From NCBI RefSeq assembly GCF_037042905.1, contig NC_087251.1:15068001-15132000 (forward strand): 64,000 nucleotides of DNA, written 5' to 3'. The notes under the pieces are model-generated. The model had not been told where the DNA came from. It searched no databases and saw nothing but the letters and a program-made list of their open reading frames with translations. Below, in pieces: positions 1 through 10,963 of this stretch (position 1 is the first letter of the stretch; every line of letters begins with the position of its first letter). The DNA is from Lytechinus pictus. Its lineage: Eukaryota. Both the position numbers and the translations under genes were made by a program.

Positions 1-43
1 TTTATGACAAAGTAACCCAAATCATTTCTTATTAGTCATTTAA

Positions 44-1590
44 GGACGTTCCACAGTTAAAATGAAGTCCATGTCATTTTCACCAAATTTTGCAGAGAGT
101 TACTTTGGTATCTATGCATTATGAAAATGCAAAAAATAACATAGGTTCATGTGCTTATTTTTTTTCTACGGGTCTTCAAAGTCACCGTATTTGAATGATA
201 TGCAATCTTGCGCAATCAAGAGAATTATGCCTCTCTTAGACCTCACGAATTCACCAAATGAGTTTAAATCATCTTTACTCAGTGAATACCGCATCAAACT
301 TCATCAAATTCTCAAGATATATAACAAAGTGTATACCAAAGTAAGAGAAGGTCTTTTAATTGGTAAAACTATACCTATTTGGAGTCAACAGCGCCCTCAT
401 TTGGCAAGGATGATGCAAAAACTCGGAAAAAAAACAAATCTTCAAAGACGTGAATCTACTCAAAAATTAAAAAGTATTTTGTAAGCTGCACTTTTTTCAA
501 AATCCATGTCATTTTTATCAAATTCGGCTAAACTGTAGAGGAATGCATATCAAAGGTGTAGCGAAGTTAAAAATATGAGGTCCATGTGCTCGTTTTTTAA
601 CTGTGAGTGTCCAAAATGAGGCGAGTTGGCATGAAAATCGCCCAAAATGCGTCCAAAACGTGCAAAAGTCTAATAATGCCGTCTAAAATGCGAATGATTC
701 CGTAGTTTTGCCCCAAAACATTCAAAATCCATGTCATTTTCATCATACTCTCCATATTTGTAGAATAATTTATTCTAAAGACATTAAAATCTTAAAAATA
801 TGGGGTCCATCTGCTCGTTTTCAAACTATGAGTGTCCAAAGTGATGCGAGTTGGCTTGAAAATCGCCTAAAAAGCACCGAAAACATGCAAAAGTCTCTTA
901 ATACCCTCTAAAATGCAAATGGTTCCATATTTCGCTCCCAAACATTCAAAATCCATGTCATTTTCATCATACTCTCTAGATTTGTAGAGTAATATATTCT
1001 AAAAGCATTAAAATATTAAAAATATGGGGTCCATGTGCTTGTTTTTAAACTATCAGTGTCCAAAATGCTGCGAGTTGGCTTGAATATTTTGAAATCCACC
1101 TAAAATGCGCCGAAAACGTGCAAAAGTCTAGTATCGTCTAAAAGCGAATAGTTCAGTAGTTTTGCTCCCAAACATTAAAAATCAATGCCATTTTCATCAT
1201 ACTCTCTAGATTTTCAGAAGAATATATTCTGATGACGTTAAATTATTAAAAACATGGGGTCCATCTGCTCGTTTTTAAGCTATCAGTGTGTAAACTGTTG
1301 CGAGTTGGCTTGAAACAGCCCAAAATGCGCCGAAAACAAGTAAGTCTGATAATACCGTCCAAAATGTCTAAAATATGAATGGTTCCTTAGTCCTGCTCCC
1401 AAACATTAATAATCCATGTCATTTTCATCATACTCTCTAGATTTACAGAGGAATATATTTTGATGACGTTAAAATATTAAAAACATGGGGTCCATGTGCT
1501 CGTTTTTAAGCTATCAGTGTCTAAACTGTTGCGAGTTGGCTTGAAACAGCCCAAAATGCGCCGAAAACAAGTAAAAGTCTGATAAAACAA
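44..1590 (+). mobile_element. Non-autonomous DNA element (Kolobok-like) left end, with tandemly amplified ~225-231 bp internal units
   Basis: Begins TTAA|GGACGTTCCACAGTTAAA; the same start recurs at 35771. The motif (aat)ccatgtcattttcatcatactc recurs at ~504, 729, 953, 1183 and 1414. No right terminus found. Confidence 0.55.
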
Positions 1591-2312
1591 AAATCAACAA
1601 GTAAATTGAAATGTAACAATATAAGCTAGAATTGTATATTGATTTCCTTTTCACTTTTCGAATATATTATTGTTATTCTTTCTTCATTTTCTCTTTGACA
1701 GTTCTCCTGCTACTCATGAACGCACTGTATATACCATATACCTATCTAATATTATATAACTGTAATATGTAAATATACCTATATGGCTCTAGAATAACTT
1801 TACCTTCATATCACTTGTTGATGTTTGAATAAATCGTGAACTTTTTGTTAATGTTCAGTAAGTTGCATTAACCGGTTCCGCCTAAATTAATCAAGCTCCC
1901 ATCCATTGACCAATAAGTAGTTTGTTGGGGAGGTGTGGTATAGTATAGGAGCATGGGTTGTCATTGTGGTATGGTAAGACAGAGAGCAAAATGTAGGAGA
2001 GGTTTATTGTATGTAAGTAGTAGGATGCTAGGCCTGTACGAGGGTGATGAGAGAAAAACGGTGGTAAAGGAGGCAGAGCGGGCCTGGTGGGAGGATGGTC
2101 ATGGCCCTTACTAAAATAATGGTGTCGAGAGGAATAAAGATTACACGATGCTAGAATTATGTATTAAAAAAATTGAATGTAGGCCCTATGGAGCCTATAA
2201 AAGATAGGAGAGGTTGAATGTGTGGTGTATAGAACAAGGATGGTAGATGAGAAAGTCAAGGATTATGTTGTTTGGCGCTGTGTATGACATCTTTTTAGAA
2301 ATTTAGTTGGTG

Positions 2313-2313
2313 G

Positions 2314-2343
<30 letters not shown>
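2313..2343. repeat. (GAT)n microsatellite
   Basis: Direct reading of gatgatgat... Confidence 0.9.
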
Positions 2344-2345
<2 letters not shown>

Positions 2346-2814
2346 TTGGATGACCAAACAATATCAGATTCGATAGACCTATTATTTTTTTATTCATTTT
2401 TATTCAATTTATCTGCATTTTGCATATGTTTTGTATGTTATCATGCTATAACATTTCAACCACTGGCTGCCAATCATGTTTTATCAAAACCATTTCTATT
2501 CTATTCTATGCAATCGACCCGCACATGGAGGAAATCAGTGGCGGATCCAGGGGGGTGGCGCAGGGGGCGCGCGCCCCCCCCTAGTATTTGAGCGGCGCCG
2601 AAGGCGCCGCTCAAAAAAAGATTAAAGAAAAGTAAAAGAAAGAAAAGGCGCTGCTTGAAAAAATAAAATAAAGGAAAGAAAAGAAAAGGCGCCGCTTAAA
2701 AAAATTATACACTGATATAATGTTAGCAACAGTAAGGAAAGACTATCCCCTAGCAAAGCACAATCATATCATCTTCCTTATCTTTTCTTTTAACTACCCT
2801 TTTCCCAACAACTT

Positions 2815-3246
2815 CGCCGGTTAAAAATAATCAGCAGTGCGCTGCCTGCATATAACTGGCGCCAATCAAGAATAATCAGCGCCACCTTAATCTAAATCGG
2901 CGCCGGACAAGAATAATCAGCGCCATTTGGTTATAAATCGGCGCCAGTCGAGAAAAATCGGCACCGGCTGCCAGAGTCTTAACCGGCGCCGATCAAGAAT
3001 AATCAGCTCCACCTAAATCTAAATCGGCGCCGGGCAAGAATAAACGGCGCCATCTGGTTATAAATCGGCGCCGGTTAAGAAAAATCGGCGCTGCCTGAGT
3101 TCGTAACCGGCGCCGATCAAGGTTAATCAGCGCCACCTATATCTAAATCGGGGCTGGTCAAGAATAATCAGCGCCATCTGGTTATAAATCGGCGCTGCCT
3201 GAGTCTTAACCGGCGCCGATCAAGAATAATCAGCTCCACCTAAGTC
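2815..3246. repeat. ~41-bp GGCGCC-containing minisatellite (left part; continues at 7704-8010)
   Basis: Unit aagaataatcagcgccacctaaatctaaatcggcgccggac repeats (e.g. starts 2868 and 2909); interrupted by the LINE. Confidence 0.85.
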
Positions 3247-6200
3247 AGATTTATTCATTTAGATTTATTCATTTATTTCCGTTCAAACAAAAGATATAAT
3301 CAAAGTAAAGTGTAAATACATGTTCAAAATAATACATACAGTTCTATAACATTTCATAACAAATATTGAAGATAACATTATCTGAACGGAGGGACTTGCC
3401 AAGAAAAGCAGAGCTTGTAAATAAGGCAAGTCCCTAAACATAGTTCCAATACTAATTAACATAACCTATATACAAGAGACGGGTGGAAAACAAAAATAAA
3501 ATACATAATCTACAAAATACCAAAATAGAGCGTATAAACGACAACAAAAAGTGGAAAGTAATTTGAATAATTGGAGTGATAACGATAATGATGATAAAAT
3601 TTTTAATAGAAATTATAAGAGTGGAAAAGGGAGGCAAAGGAAAGAGAGGGGAGAAAAGGGTGGTGCAAATAAAACTGAAAATAAAAAGAGGAACATGACA
3701 GGTGCACAGGTCATAGGACACTGTAGTGACATTATTTAGAACATATATTAGACAAATTTGTTGATAATTAAATGATAGTTGTAAATACGTTTAGTTACAG
3801 TTATATATTAGCTTGACTTGTTGGTGTGGAGTATTGACAAATTAGCATCTTTTTAAGTTTGCGCTTGATAATGTTAATGCTTGGTGATTCTTTAAAGTCA
3901 TTGGGCAGTGAATTCCAATACACTGGTCCAAAAAAGACGAAAGAGTTTTTTGCTAAAAGAGTACGGGTTGGGGGTAGATGATAACAATTACGTTGTCTCG
4001 TTGGGTAATCATGTATGGAGGAGTTTTTACAAAACATATTTGAAAAAATTGTGGGGAGATCATTTTTATTTAGTTTATACATAAATTGGGCGAGTTGGAA
4101 AAGATATAAATCATTCACTTTAAGAATATTATTTTGGAAAAAAAGGACATCTGTGTGTGATCTGAAATGAGTTTGAAAAATTATTCTAAGGGCCTTCTTC
4201 TGCAACAACAGTATCCTTTGTAATTGTGTTTGGATTGCACAACCCCATGCCAAAATGCCATAATTAATGTATGGTAATATTAGTGTATGATATAATGTAA
4301 GTAAAGTGTGAGATGGAAGAAAATATTTGAGCTTGTTAATAATTCCGATGTTTCTTGAAATTGTTTTGCATATATTATCAATGTGTGGTTTCCATGATAG
4401 CTTATTGTCAATAGTAACACCCAAGAATCTGGTTTGTGATACATTTTCAAGAACGGTGTTATCAAAAATGAGATTGTCAGGTAATGTATGTGTTTTGTTA
4501 CTAAAAAGCATATAATTTGTCTTTTGTAGGTTAAGTGATAGTTTATTCGCCTTAATCCAGTCAGTTACATGTATGAGTTCAGAGTTTACAATTCTTACAA
4601 GTTGATTTGCGTTATCATGAGAAAAGAAAATATTCGAGTCGTCTGCAAACAGTATGAATGTTAGTAAATTTGAACTTTTTTTAATGTCATTGATGTAAGT
4701 AATAAAAAGAAGAGGGCCAAGTAAGCTACCCTGAGGTACTCCACAGGTGATAGGAAGAGTAGAAGAAGTATCGTTGTTAACTGATACGAATTGAGACCTA
4801 TCTGTTAGGTAACTCCTGAACCACTCCAAGGCCTTCCCCCTAATACCATAAAAAGAAAGTTTATAAAGAAGTATTTCGTGGTTAATGGTATCGAAGGCCT
4901 TGGAGAAGTCCAGGAAAATACCAACAGTATGAAAACCTTTATCTATGGAAGTAGTGATTTTATCAATAAAAGACAGAATTGCATGTGAAGTGCTATGATT
5001 TTTGCGAAACCCAAATTGTGAGTTAGAAAAGATATTATGTTTATCAAAAAACGTACTTGTACGTGTATGTATAAGTTTTTCGAGAATTTTAGATAATGAG
5101 GTGAGTAATGAAATAGGGCGGTAGTTAGAAACAAGTTGATTGTCGCCTTTTTTGTAAAGAGGGATGACTTTGGCTATTTTCATGAGACTAGGTACTTTCC
5201 CTGTGTTCATAGAAATATTGAATATGTGCACCAAAGGATCGACGATAGTTAAAATAATTTTCTTGAGTAGAAAGTTAGGAATGCTATCGAAACCTGGGCT
5301 CTTCTTAGAGTGCAGATTGTTAACAATATTAATAATTTCTCCTGTATTGGTAGGATTAAAAAATATAGAGTTAGGGTTTGGGTTGTTAAGAAAACTGTTA
5401 AATGATTTATGTGTTAATGGGATTTTGCTTGCCAGATTGTTGCCAATATTGGAAAAATATGAATTAAACTCATTTGCTATTAAGTTATTGTCATCGATGA
5501 TTGTGTTGTGTGTTTTTATTTTTGATATAGTGGAACTTTTATTCTTTTTGTTTAACGCGCCATTTATAATTTTCCAAGTATTCCTCATATCATTTTTGTG
5601 CAAATCAAGTTGGGAGGTATAATATTCTTTTTTTGCAATACGAAGTAAAGAAGTAAGTTTGTTTTTATATGATGTATATTTAGAACGGGATTTGTCGCTT
5701 GGTTTGGATATGTATTTATAGTATAATTTGTTCTTTCGGTTGATTGATCTCAAAAGTGATTTAGTAATCCACGGGTGGAGTGGGACCTTTTTATAATTTG
5801 ATTTTCTGTTGATAGTAAAAGGAACGTGAGTATCTAGAGAAGATGTTAATTTGGAAATGAAGAAGTTGTATGCGTCATCAACGTCTGTGGATTCAAAAAC
5901 ACTCGACCAGTCTGTTGTATTTAAGTCATTAATTAGATTGTTTATATTGTCATCAGTTATTTTTCTAAATGGAGTATTGAATGTTTCTTTCATTATAGCT
6001 TTATTTGTAGATAACCTAGCAAAAATGGGAAAGTGATCAGTGATGTCACTAATGATAACGCCGGCTTTGGGGATTTGTTGAGTTATATTGCTAAAAATGT
6101 TGTCAATTAAAGTGGCCGAGTTATTTGTAACTCTTGTCGGTTTAGTGATAAGCGGTAAAAAAGAATAGGAAAGAAACATTTCAAGAAACTCCTGAGAGGT

Positions 6201-7284
6201 GCTGTTAGAATTGCAATTTACTAAGTTGATATTGAAGTCACCCATGAAGAAACAATCTTTATTTTTCAAAACAGGATTTAATAAAATTTCATTGAGAGAT
6301 TCTAAGAATGCATTGGTATTTGATTGAGGAGGTCTATAAAATACACCCAGTATTAAGTTTTTGCCTTTTGGGTTTGTGACTTCAACAAACAGGGTTTCTA
6401 AAACGTCGTTTGATATGGTTATATTAGCTATATGAGTATAATCGTATTGTTGTGGTATGTACAGAGCGACACCACCTCCAGGTCTTTGCGTTCTATTATT
6501 AACAATTAAATCAAAATCAGGGAGTGTGAAGAGGGAACATGGATTATCAGAGAACCATGTTTCAGTTAAACCAATAAATGAAGATTTTGGAAACCGGTTG
6601 TTATCTAGGAATAATTTAAGTTTATCAAAATTTTTACTGGCACTTCGAATATTTAAATGGAGAAGATAAAAACTTTCGCTTGTGTTGTCTGATGTAATAG
6701 ATGATTTGAAATGTTGTTCTGTGAAATAATGTGATGTAGAGAGTTGTCCAAATTGATCATTTGCATCAAAGTTGTAATTAAGATTGGTTGTATTATTGTC
6801 CATAAAATTTCGTATGTGTGTATCGTAATTGGAATTATGATTATCTAATGTGTGAGTAGCGCCATGTTGCGCCGAGAGAGACAACAAGTCGTCGTTGTTT
6901 AAAGAACTAAATGGAAACCTAGTAAAATCAGTCATTAGCAGAGGAGAGAGTGTTTGTGGTAAACCTCGGTGAAACAATGCACTATGCTGTATACCTGTTC
7001 CTGAGTATGTGTGAAAAAAAGAAAGAAAGAAATAATAAGTGTGTGTTGACGAAAGGGTAGTAAAAACAGAAAAATCAAAATAGAAGAAGAAATATAAGGA
7101 AAAAAAAACAGGGAGAATAAAAACTAATATAAAATGTAATGACCTTGTGCAGTGCAAAGTATGAAGGGGTGGTGTTGAAACTAGAGAAAATGTAAAACAC
7201 TGAAACAAAAACAAAATAAACTTCCTTAGTGAAGTACTAAGAGTAATTGAGAATATATACTAGTATATGTACATATATATACAT

Positions 7285-7323
<39 letters not shown>

Positions 7324-7703
7324 CATAGGTAAGTAAAAAAACAAAAAAATAAACAGAACGTATGAAAGCAAAATAAAGGAAGTAAAATGACAACAGATAT
7401 TCATTCTGTATCCGTCTCTCCTGAAGGTTACATATATTTTTTTAAAGGTCATATCAAAATATCAAATGAGGATAACTAAATAGTAAAGATAGCAAACTTA
7501 ACATAATGTCGGATTTATACCTGCGTGATCGATAGAAGTATGCAAAGATCGATCAATATAGTCTATTGGTCTAGAACGAATACATGTCGTGATATGTATA
7601 TATACAGAAAACAAACAAGGAGGACTCTGCATTTAACATGTTTAACGAGAGTCACGTTTAAGTTCGAAGAATGATTCAAACTTTTACAAAACAGACAAAC
7701 GAT
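3247..7703 (-). mobile_element. Apparently full-length non-LTR retrotransposon (CR1/L2 group, Crack/Daphne-like)
   Basis: Intact APE+RT ORF. 3' tail of short repeats (agatttattcattt)x2 at 3247. AGTC duplicated at 3243-3246 and 7704-7707; removing the insert restores a minisatellite unit. Confidence 0.9.
3801..6935 (-). CDS. LINE ORF2: apurinic-type endonuclease plus reverse transcriptase (~1044 aa from first ATG; frame open to 7214)
   Basis: APE motifs HLNIRS, IGLTETW, GGGVALY, YRPP, MGDFNI, SATLIDNIF, TDHFPIF. RT motifs NYRPISLL, QFGFR, FLDFSKAFD, GVPQGSLLGPLLF, FADDS. C-terminal LQKKALRII...HDYPTR. Confidence 0.93.
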   Translation of the reverse strand: MTDFTRFPFSSLNNDDLLSLSAQHGATHTLDNHNSNYDTHIRNFMDNNTTNLNYNFDANDQFGQLSTSHYFTEQHFKSSITSDNTSESFYLLHLNIRSASKNFDKLKLFLDNNRFPKSSFIGLTETWFSDNPCSLFTLPDFDLIVNNRTQRPGGGVALYIPQQYDYTHIANITISNDVLETLFVEVTNPKGKNLILGVFYRPPQSNTNAFLESLNEILLNPVLKNKDCFFMGDFNINLVNCNSNSTSQEFLEMFLSYSFLPLITKPTRVTNNSATLIDNIFSNITQQIPKAGVIISDITDHFPIFARLSTNKAIMKETFNTPFRKITDDNINNLINDLNTTDWSSVFESTDVDDAYNFFISKLTSSLDTHVPFTINRKSNYKKVPLHPWITKSLLRSINRKNKLYYKYISKPSDKSRSKYTSYKNKLTSLLRIAKKEYYTSQLDLHKNDMRNTWKIINGALNKKNKSSTISKIKTHNTIIDDNNLIANEFNSYFSNIGNNLASKIPLTHKSFNSFLNNPNPNSIFFNPTNTGEIINIVNNLHSKKSPGFDSIPNFLLKKIILTIVDPLVHIFNISMNTGKVPSLMKIAKVIPLYKKGDNQLVSNYRPISLLTSLSKILEKLIHTRTSTFFDKHNIFSNSQFGFRKNHSTSHAILSFIDKITTSIDKGFHTVGIFLDFSKAFDTINHEILLYKLSFYGIRGKALEWFRSYLTDRSQFVSVNNDTSSTLPITCGVPQGSLLGPLLFITYINDIKKSSNLLTFILFADDSNIFFSHDNANQLVRIVNSELIHVTDWIKANKLSLNLQKTNYMLFSNKTHTLPDNLIFDNTVLENVSQTRFLGVTIDNKLSWKPHIDNICKTISRNIGIINKLKYFLPSHTLLTLYHTLILPYINYGILAWGCAIQTQLQRILLLQKKALRIIFQTHFRSHTDVLFFQNNILKVNDLYLFQLAQFMYKLNKNDLPTIFSNMFCKNSSIHDYPTRQRNCYHLPPTRTLLAKNSFVFFGPVYWNSLPNDFKESPSINIIKRKLKKMLICQYSTPTSQANI

Positions 7704-8010
7704 AGTCTAAATCGGCGCCGGACAAGAATAATCAGCACCACCTGGTTAAAAATCGGCGCCAGTCAAGAATAATCAGCGCCTCCTGGTTCTAAATCGGCGC
7801 CAGTCAATTATGAATTGCCGCTGCCTGAATCTTACGTGACGTCGGTAAAAATAATCAGCACTACTTGTTCTAAATCGGCGCCGGTCAAGAATAATCACCG
7901 TCCCCTGGTTCCAATAAATAGGCGCCGGTAGAATAATGAAGAAGGGCCTATTGCCAACCAAATCTAGATCGGCGCCGGTCAAGAATGATCAGCGGCACCT
8001 AGCTGGTTAT
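7704..8010. repeat. ~41-bp GGCGCC minisatellite (right part)
   Basis: Same unit as 2815-3246. Confidence 0.85.
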
Positions 8011-8959
8011 ACATTTTATTGTTGAATGGTCATAACAAAGCTTATCGCATGCCCTTACAGAGTGGACTGGGGCGGGGCAGTTGCCCACAGAATGACAGAT
8101 GTCATGAAATCTTTAATTTATAAAAAAAATCCCAGAATCATACAAAAGCGTAGAGCAAATCCTTTAATTTTGATCTAATTTTCCAAGGCTTTAATAAAAC
8201 GAAGGTCAGTCACTTTTCTTCTTTACACATTCCACATTGTGCAACCTCTATGGCCTTTAGTTTAGGACAGCTTCTATATAGTGTTTTATGAAGATGATTC
8301 GATATTTAAGCCCAAAACTTTGCTAAAACCCGTTGCTAGTATACCGGTAGTGTATAATTACGCAACCAGTCGTATATTGAGATTGAGCTACACAACTCGT
8401 TCTTTATTTAAAATCGTGCTTAAATTATCCGCTTCTCAGATTGGAATATAAAAATTTTCAGCTCGCGCTTCGCGCTCGCATCATTTCTGTAGCAAAACCG
8501 CATACTTTTCATGATTAAATAGGTGAATGAAATGTCCCTTTTTCAGGACTAAACGTCAAAAGATCTCCCGCTTCGATTTGCAATAATCTTTTGCTGGATA
8601 TAATCTTGTTCTTTATTACAAACGTCCATTAAACTGTCATTTTTTCAGATCGAAATATTAAAATTTTAAGCTCACGCTTCGCGCTCGCATCTATTGTTTT
8701 TTAGATACCCATCTTAATCATTGGTACCAAAATGCATAGAATATCAAGCTTTCTGGTCAGAATATAAAGAAATTTCAGCTCGCCCTCGGCACTCGCATTA
8801 TCTGTGTAGTGAAATATGTATCCTCCTCATGAGTTACTACAAACAGTCCTAAACAGGCACCTTTTTCCTGTTTTCAGGTCAGTATACCAAAAAATTTCAG
8901 CTCGCGCTTCGCGCTCGCATTAATTTGTTGGTGAGATATGTGTTTCTATCTCATAAGTC

Positions 8960-8967
<8 letters not shown>

Positions 8968-9022
<55 letters not shown>

Positions 9023-9040
9023 CATATGTGTGTGTGTGTT
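8968..9040. repeat. (TA)n followed by short (TG)n microsatellite
   Basis: Direct reading. Confidence 0.9.
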
Positions 9041-10019
9041 TGTGTGAGTTTGTTTGTTTGTTTTGTGTGATATCGAGCGCCTTTGGAAAGTTGATTCATG
9101 ATATCGCCCCCCAAATCTTAAAAAAAGGATCGACGCCCCTGTGTATTATATATATATACATATAGTAAAAAGTATTGGCCTCATCGCAATAAAAGGGTTA
9201 ATACACGAGATTTTGAAATCGCACATAACATGCATAATTTTGTGTTACTTTTTGCTTGTTTCTTTCTTTAATAAGTTTTTCAATCTCTCTCTATATATGT
9301 TTTAGAAAGATTATATGTTTAAATTGATGTATATTTTCTGTTATAATGAGATATGAAGTGGACTTCAGGGAATGGTCGTACGCAGCAAGGGGGAAGGGCA
9401 CATTCGCGATCTGCTGTTGTGAAAAACATTTTTTTTTCCTTAACATTTCATGAAAACTATGAAAAATGTGCAAATGTGAGATGTGCACCAAATTTTCGAG
9501 TCTTGCCCCCCCCCCCCCCCGGAAATATTATCTGCGTGTGGTCATGCAAAATGGCATGACTGGAAATCCTACATTTTGAAAAGAGCATTTGACAGGGTCA
9601 GACTTTACCCCTTTTTCAACATTTTCTTTTATGGCGCCGGTGAAGTGCAAAAATATGTGCGCCGCTCGGTAGTGCGCCCCCCCTTTCGCCAAAAGCTGGA
9701 TCCGCCTATGGAAATAGACGTTAGAAGAGGCTGCAGATGAAGCATGTGTAGCAACGGCCAAGTGAGAGGAGATGATGCGGCGTGCTGCTCAAGTAGGCAT
9801 ACGGGGTTGGGTTTCGTCCTTACATTAGAGCACGTAAGGAATGTCTCATTACCGCAAGTCGACGGTGTCCTCCAAATCCGTGCCTGTAGGCCAATTTCTG
9901 TTGCAAGATCCACTGATCTACATAGTGGATACTGTTAGAATAAAATGGCACACTCAATTTTTATTATTTTCATCATGTTTTAACAAAGAAGTGTACACCG
10001 GGATACCAATAATGTATAT

Positions 10020-10733
10020 ATTTCAAATGCAAGTCAGGCGCCTTACACCACTCTGCCTCGGCATCTACATTATTTGTTTTAACAAGTGCACACATATATT
10101 TATCAAGAATGCACGTAGAATTTTCAGCTATCAGTTGAATGCAGAATAAAAGAGCACGGATAAAGCCTTGATCAGCATGCTGTTGGCAGGGATCAAACCC
10201 CCGGATCGTACCCCGGACTTTCAAATGTCATGCCAGGCGCCTCAGACCATTCACCTCGGCACCGCCACTACCGGCGCACACCTAGCTAGTTACCAAGAAT
10301 GCATTACTGTTGATTAATTGCCTAGCTTGCGGGCATAGGTGGCGCAGTGGCGGATCCAGGGGGGCACAGGGGGCGCACGCCCCCCCCCCCTAGTCCTTAA
10401 AATAAAATAAAAGTAAAAGAAATAAAAGGCGCCGCTTAAAAAAATGAAAATAAAGGAAAGAAAAGAAAAGAAAAGAAAAGGCGCCGCTTAAAAGAATTAA
10501 ACCCTTATATAATAATAGCAACAGTTAAGGACTATCCCCGCGGCCAGCAAAGACTTTACCCCTTTTTCAACATTTTCTTTTATGAATTGCAAAAATATGT
10601 GCGCCGCTCGGCAGTACGCCCCCCCCCTCCCTTTCGCCAAAAGCTGGATCCGCCTATATGCCGTGGCCGGGGATCGAACCCCGAACTTTCAAATGTCTAA
10701 TCGCGCCAGCTTGGACCACTCGGCCATGACACC
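10020..10733 (-). mobile_element. Cluster of three degenerate tRNA-derived SINE units
   Basis: Reverse complement of 10660-10733 has A-box TGGCCGAGTGG and B-box GGTTCGATCCC. Related heads sharing catttgaaa occur at ~10185-10265 and ~10020-10068. Confidence 0.6.
10345..10658. mobile_element. Internally deleted MITE derivative of the 2536-9710 element
   Basis: Left half matches 2536-2750 and right half matches 9601-9709. Same TIRs. TSD TGGCG/TGCCG (one mismatch). Confidence 0.7.
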
Positions 10734-10757
10734 TATATGCTCTCGAGCTGACTGCAC

Positions 10758-10895
10758 TGTAAACAGACAGAGTGCTAGTGCCCTCTACGTTCGAAAATGT
10801 TTAGTTGTTGCGGAAATAGTTTGTGTACCGTTGGCAACCAATTTATGGAGAAAACTTGGTTGAAAAGAAGCGTATTCTAGTGTTTCACGGAAAAA
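10758..10895 (+). promoter_or_regulatory. Putative KIF6 proximal promoter with forkhead and RFX X-box-like sites
   Basis: TGTAAACA at 10758-10765, GTACCGTTGGCAAC at 10825-10838, GTTTCACGGAAAA at 10882-10894. CpG-richer region just upstream of the ATG. Confidence 0.45.
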
Positions 10896-10903
10896 GTTTT
10901 GCG

Positions 10904-10963
10904 ATGGTAAAGCAAGGGATCAAAATTTTCTGCCGAATAAAACCAACCAAGGCAAAAACAGGG
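10904..10963 (+). CDS. KIF6: KIF6 coding exon 1
   Basis: [20 protein letters not shown] then gtaaga donor. Confidence 0.9.

Larger units (their letters stand above)
2536..9710. mobile_element. Composite non-autonomous hAT-like DNA transposon with 5-bp TSD, carrying a nested LINE
   Basis: Termini CAGTGGCGGATCCAG (2536) and CTGGATCCGCCTATG (ends 9710; reverse complement CATAGGCGGATCCAG). GAAAT flanks both sides (2531-2535 and 9711-9715). Confidence 0.65.

Noticed and set aside
2815..3246. GGCGCC repeat array as CRISPR or iteron-like
   Set aside because: Intervening segments are themselves repeated, so it is a minisatellite inside a transposon.
6936..7214. N-terminal extension of the LINE ORF as a membrane protein or ORF1
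   Set aside because: Starts at a non-ATG codon and is the translation of T-rich leader sequence; no recognisable domain.
9711..9940. GC-richer stretch with faint resemblance (LEEA...QVGIRGWVSS) to the C-terminal endonuclease region of REL-type non-LTR elements
   Set aside because: Multiple stops and too little similarity to support without a profile search.
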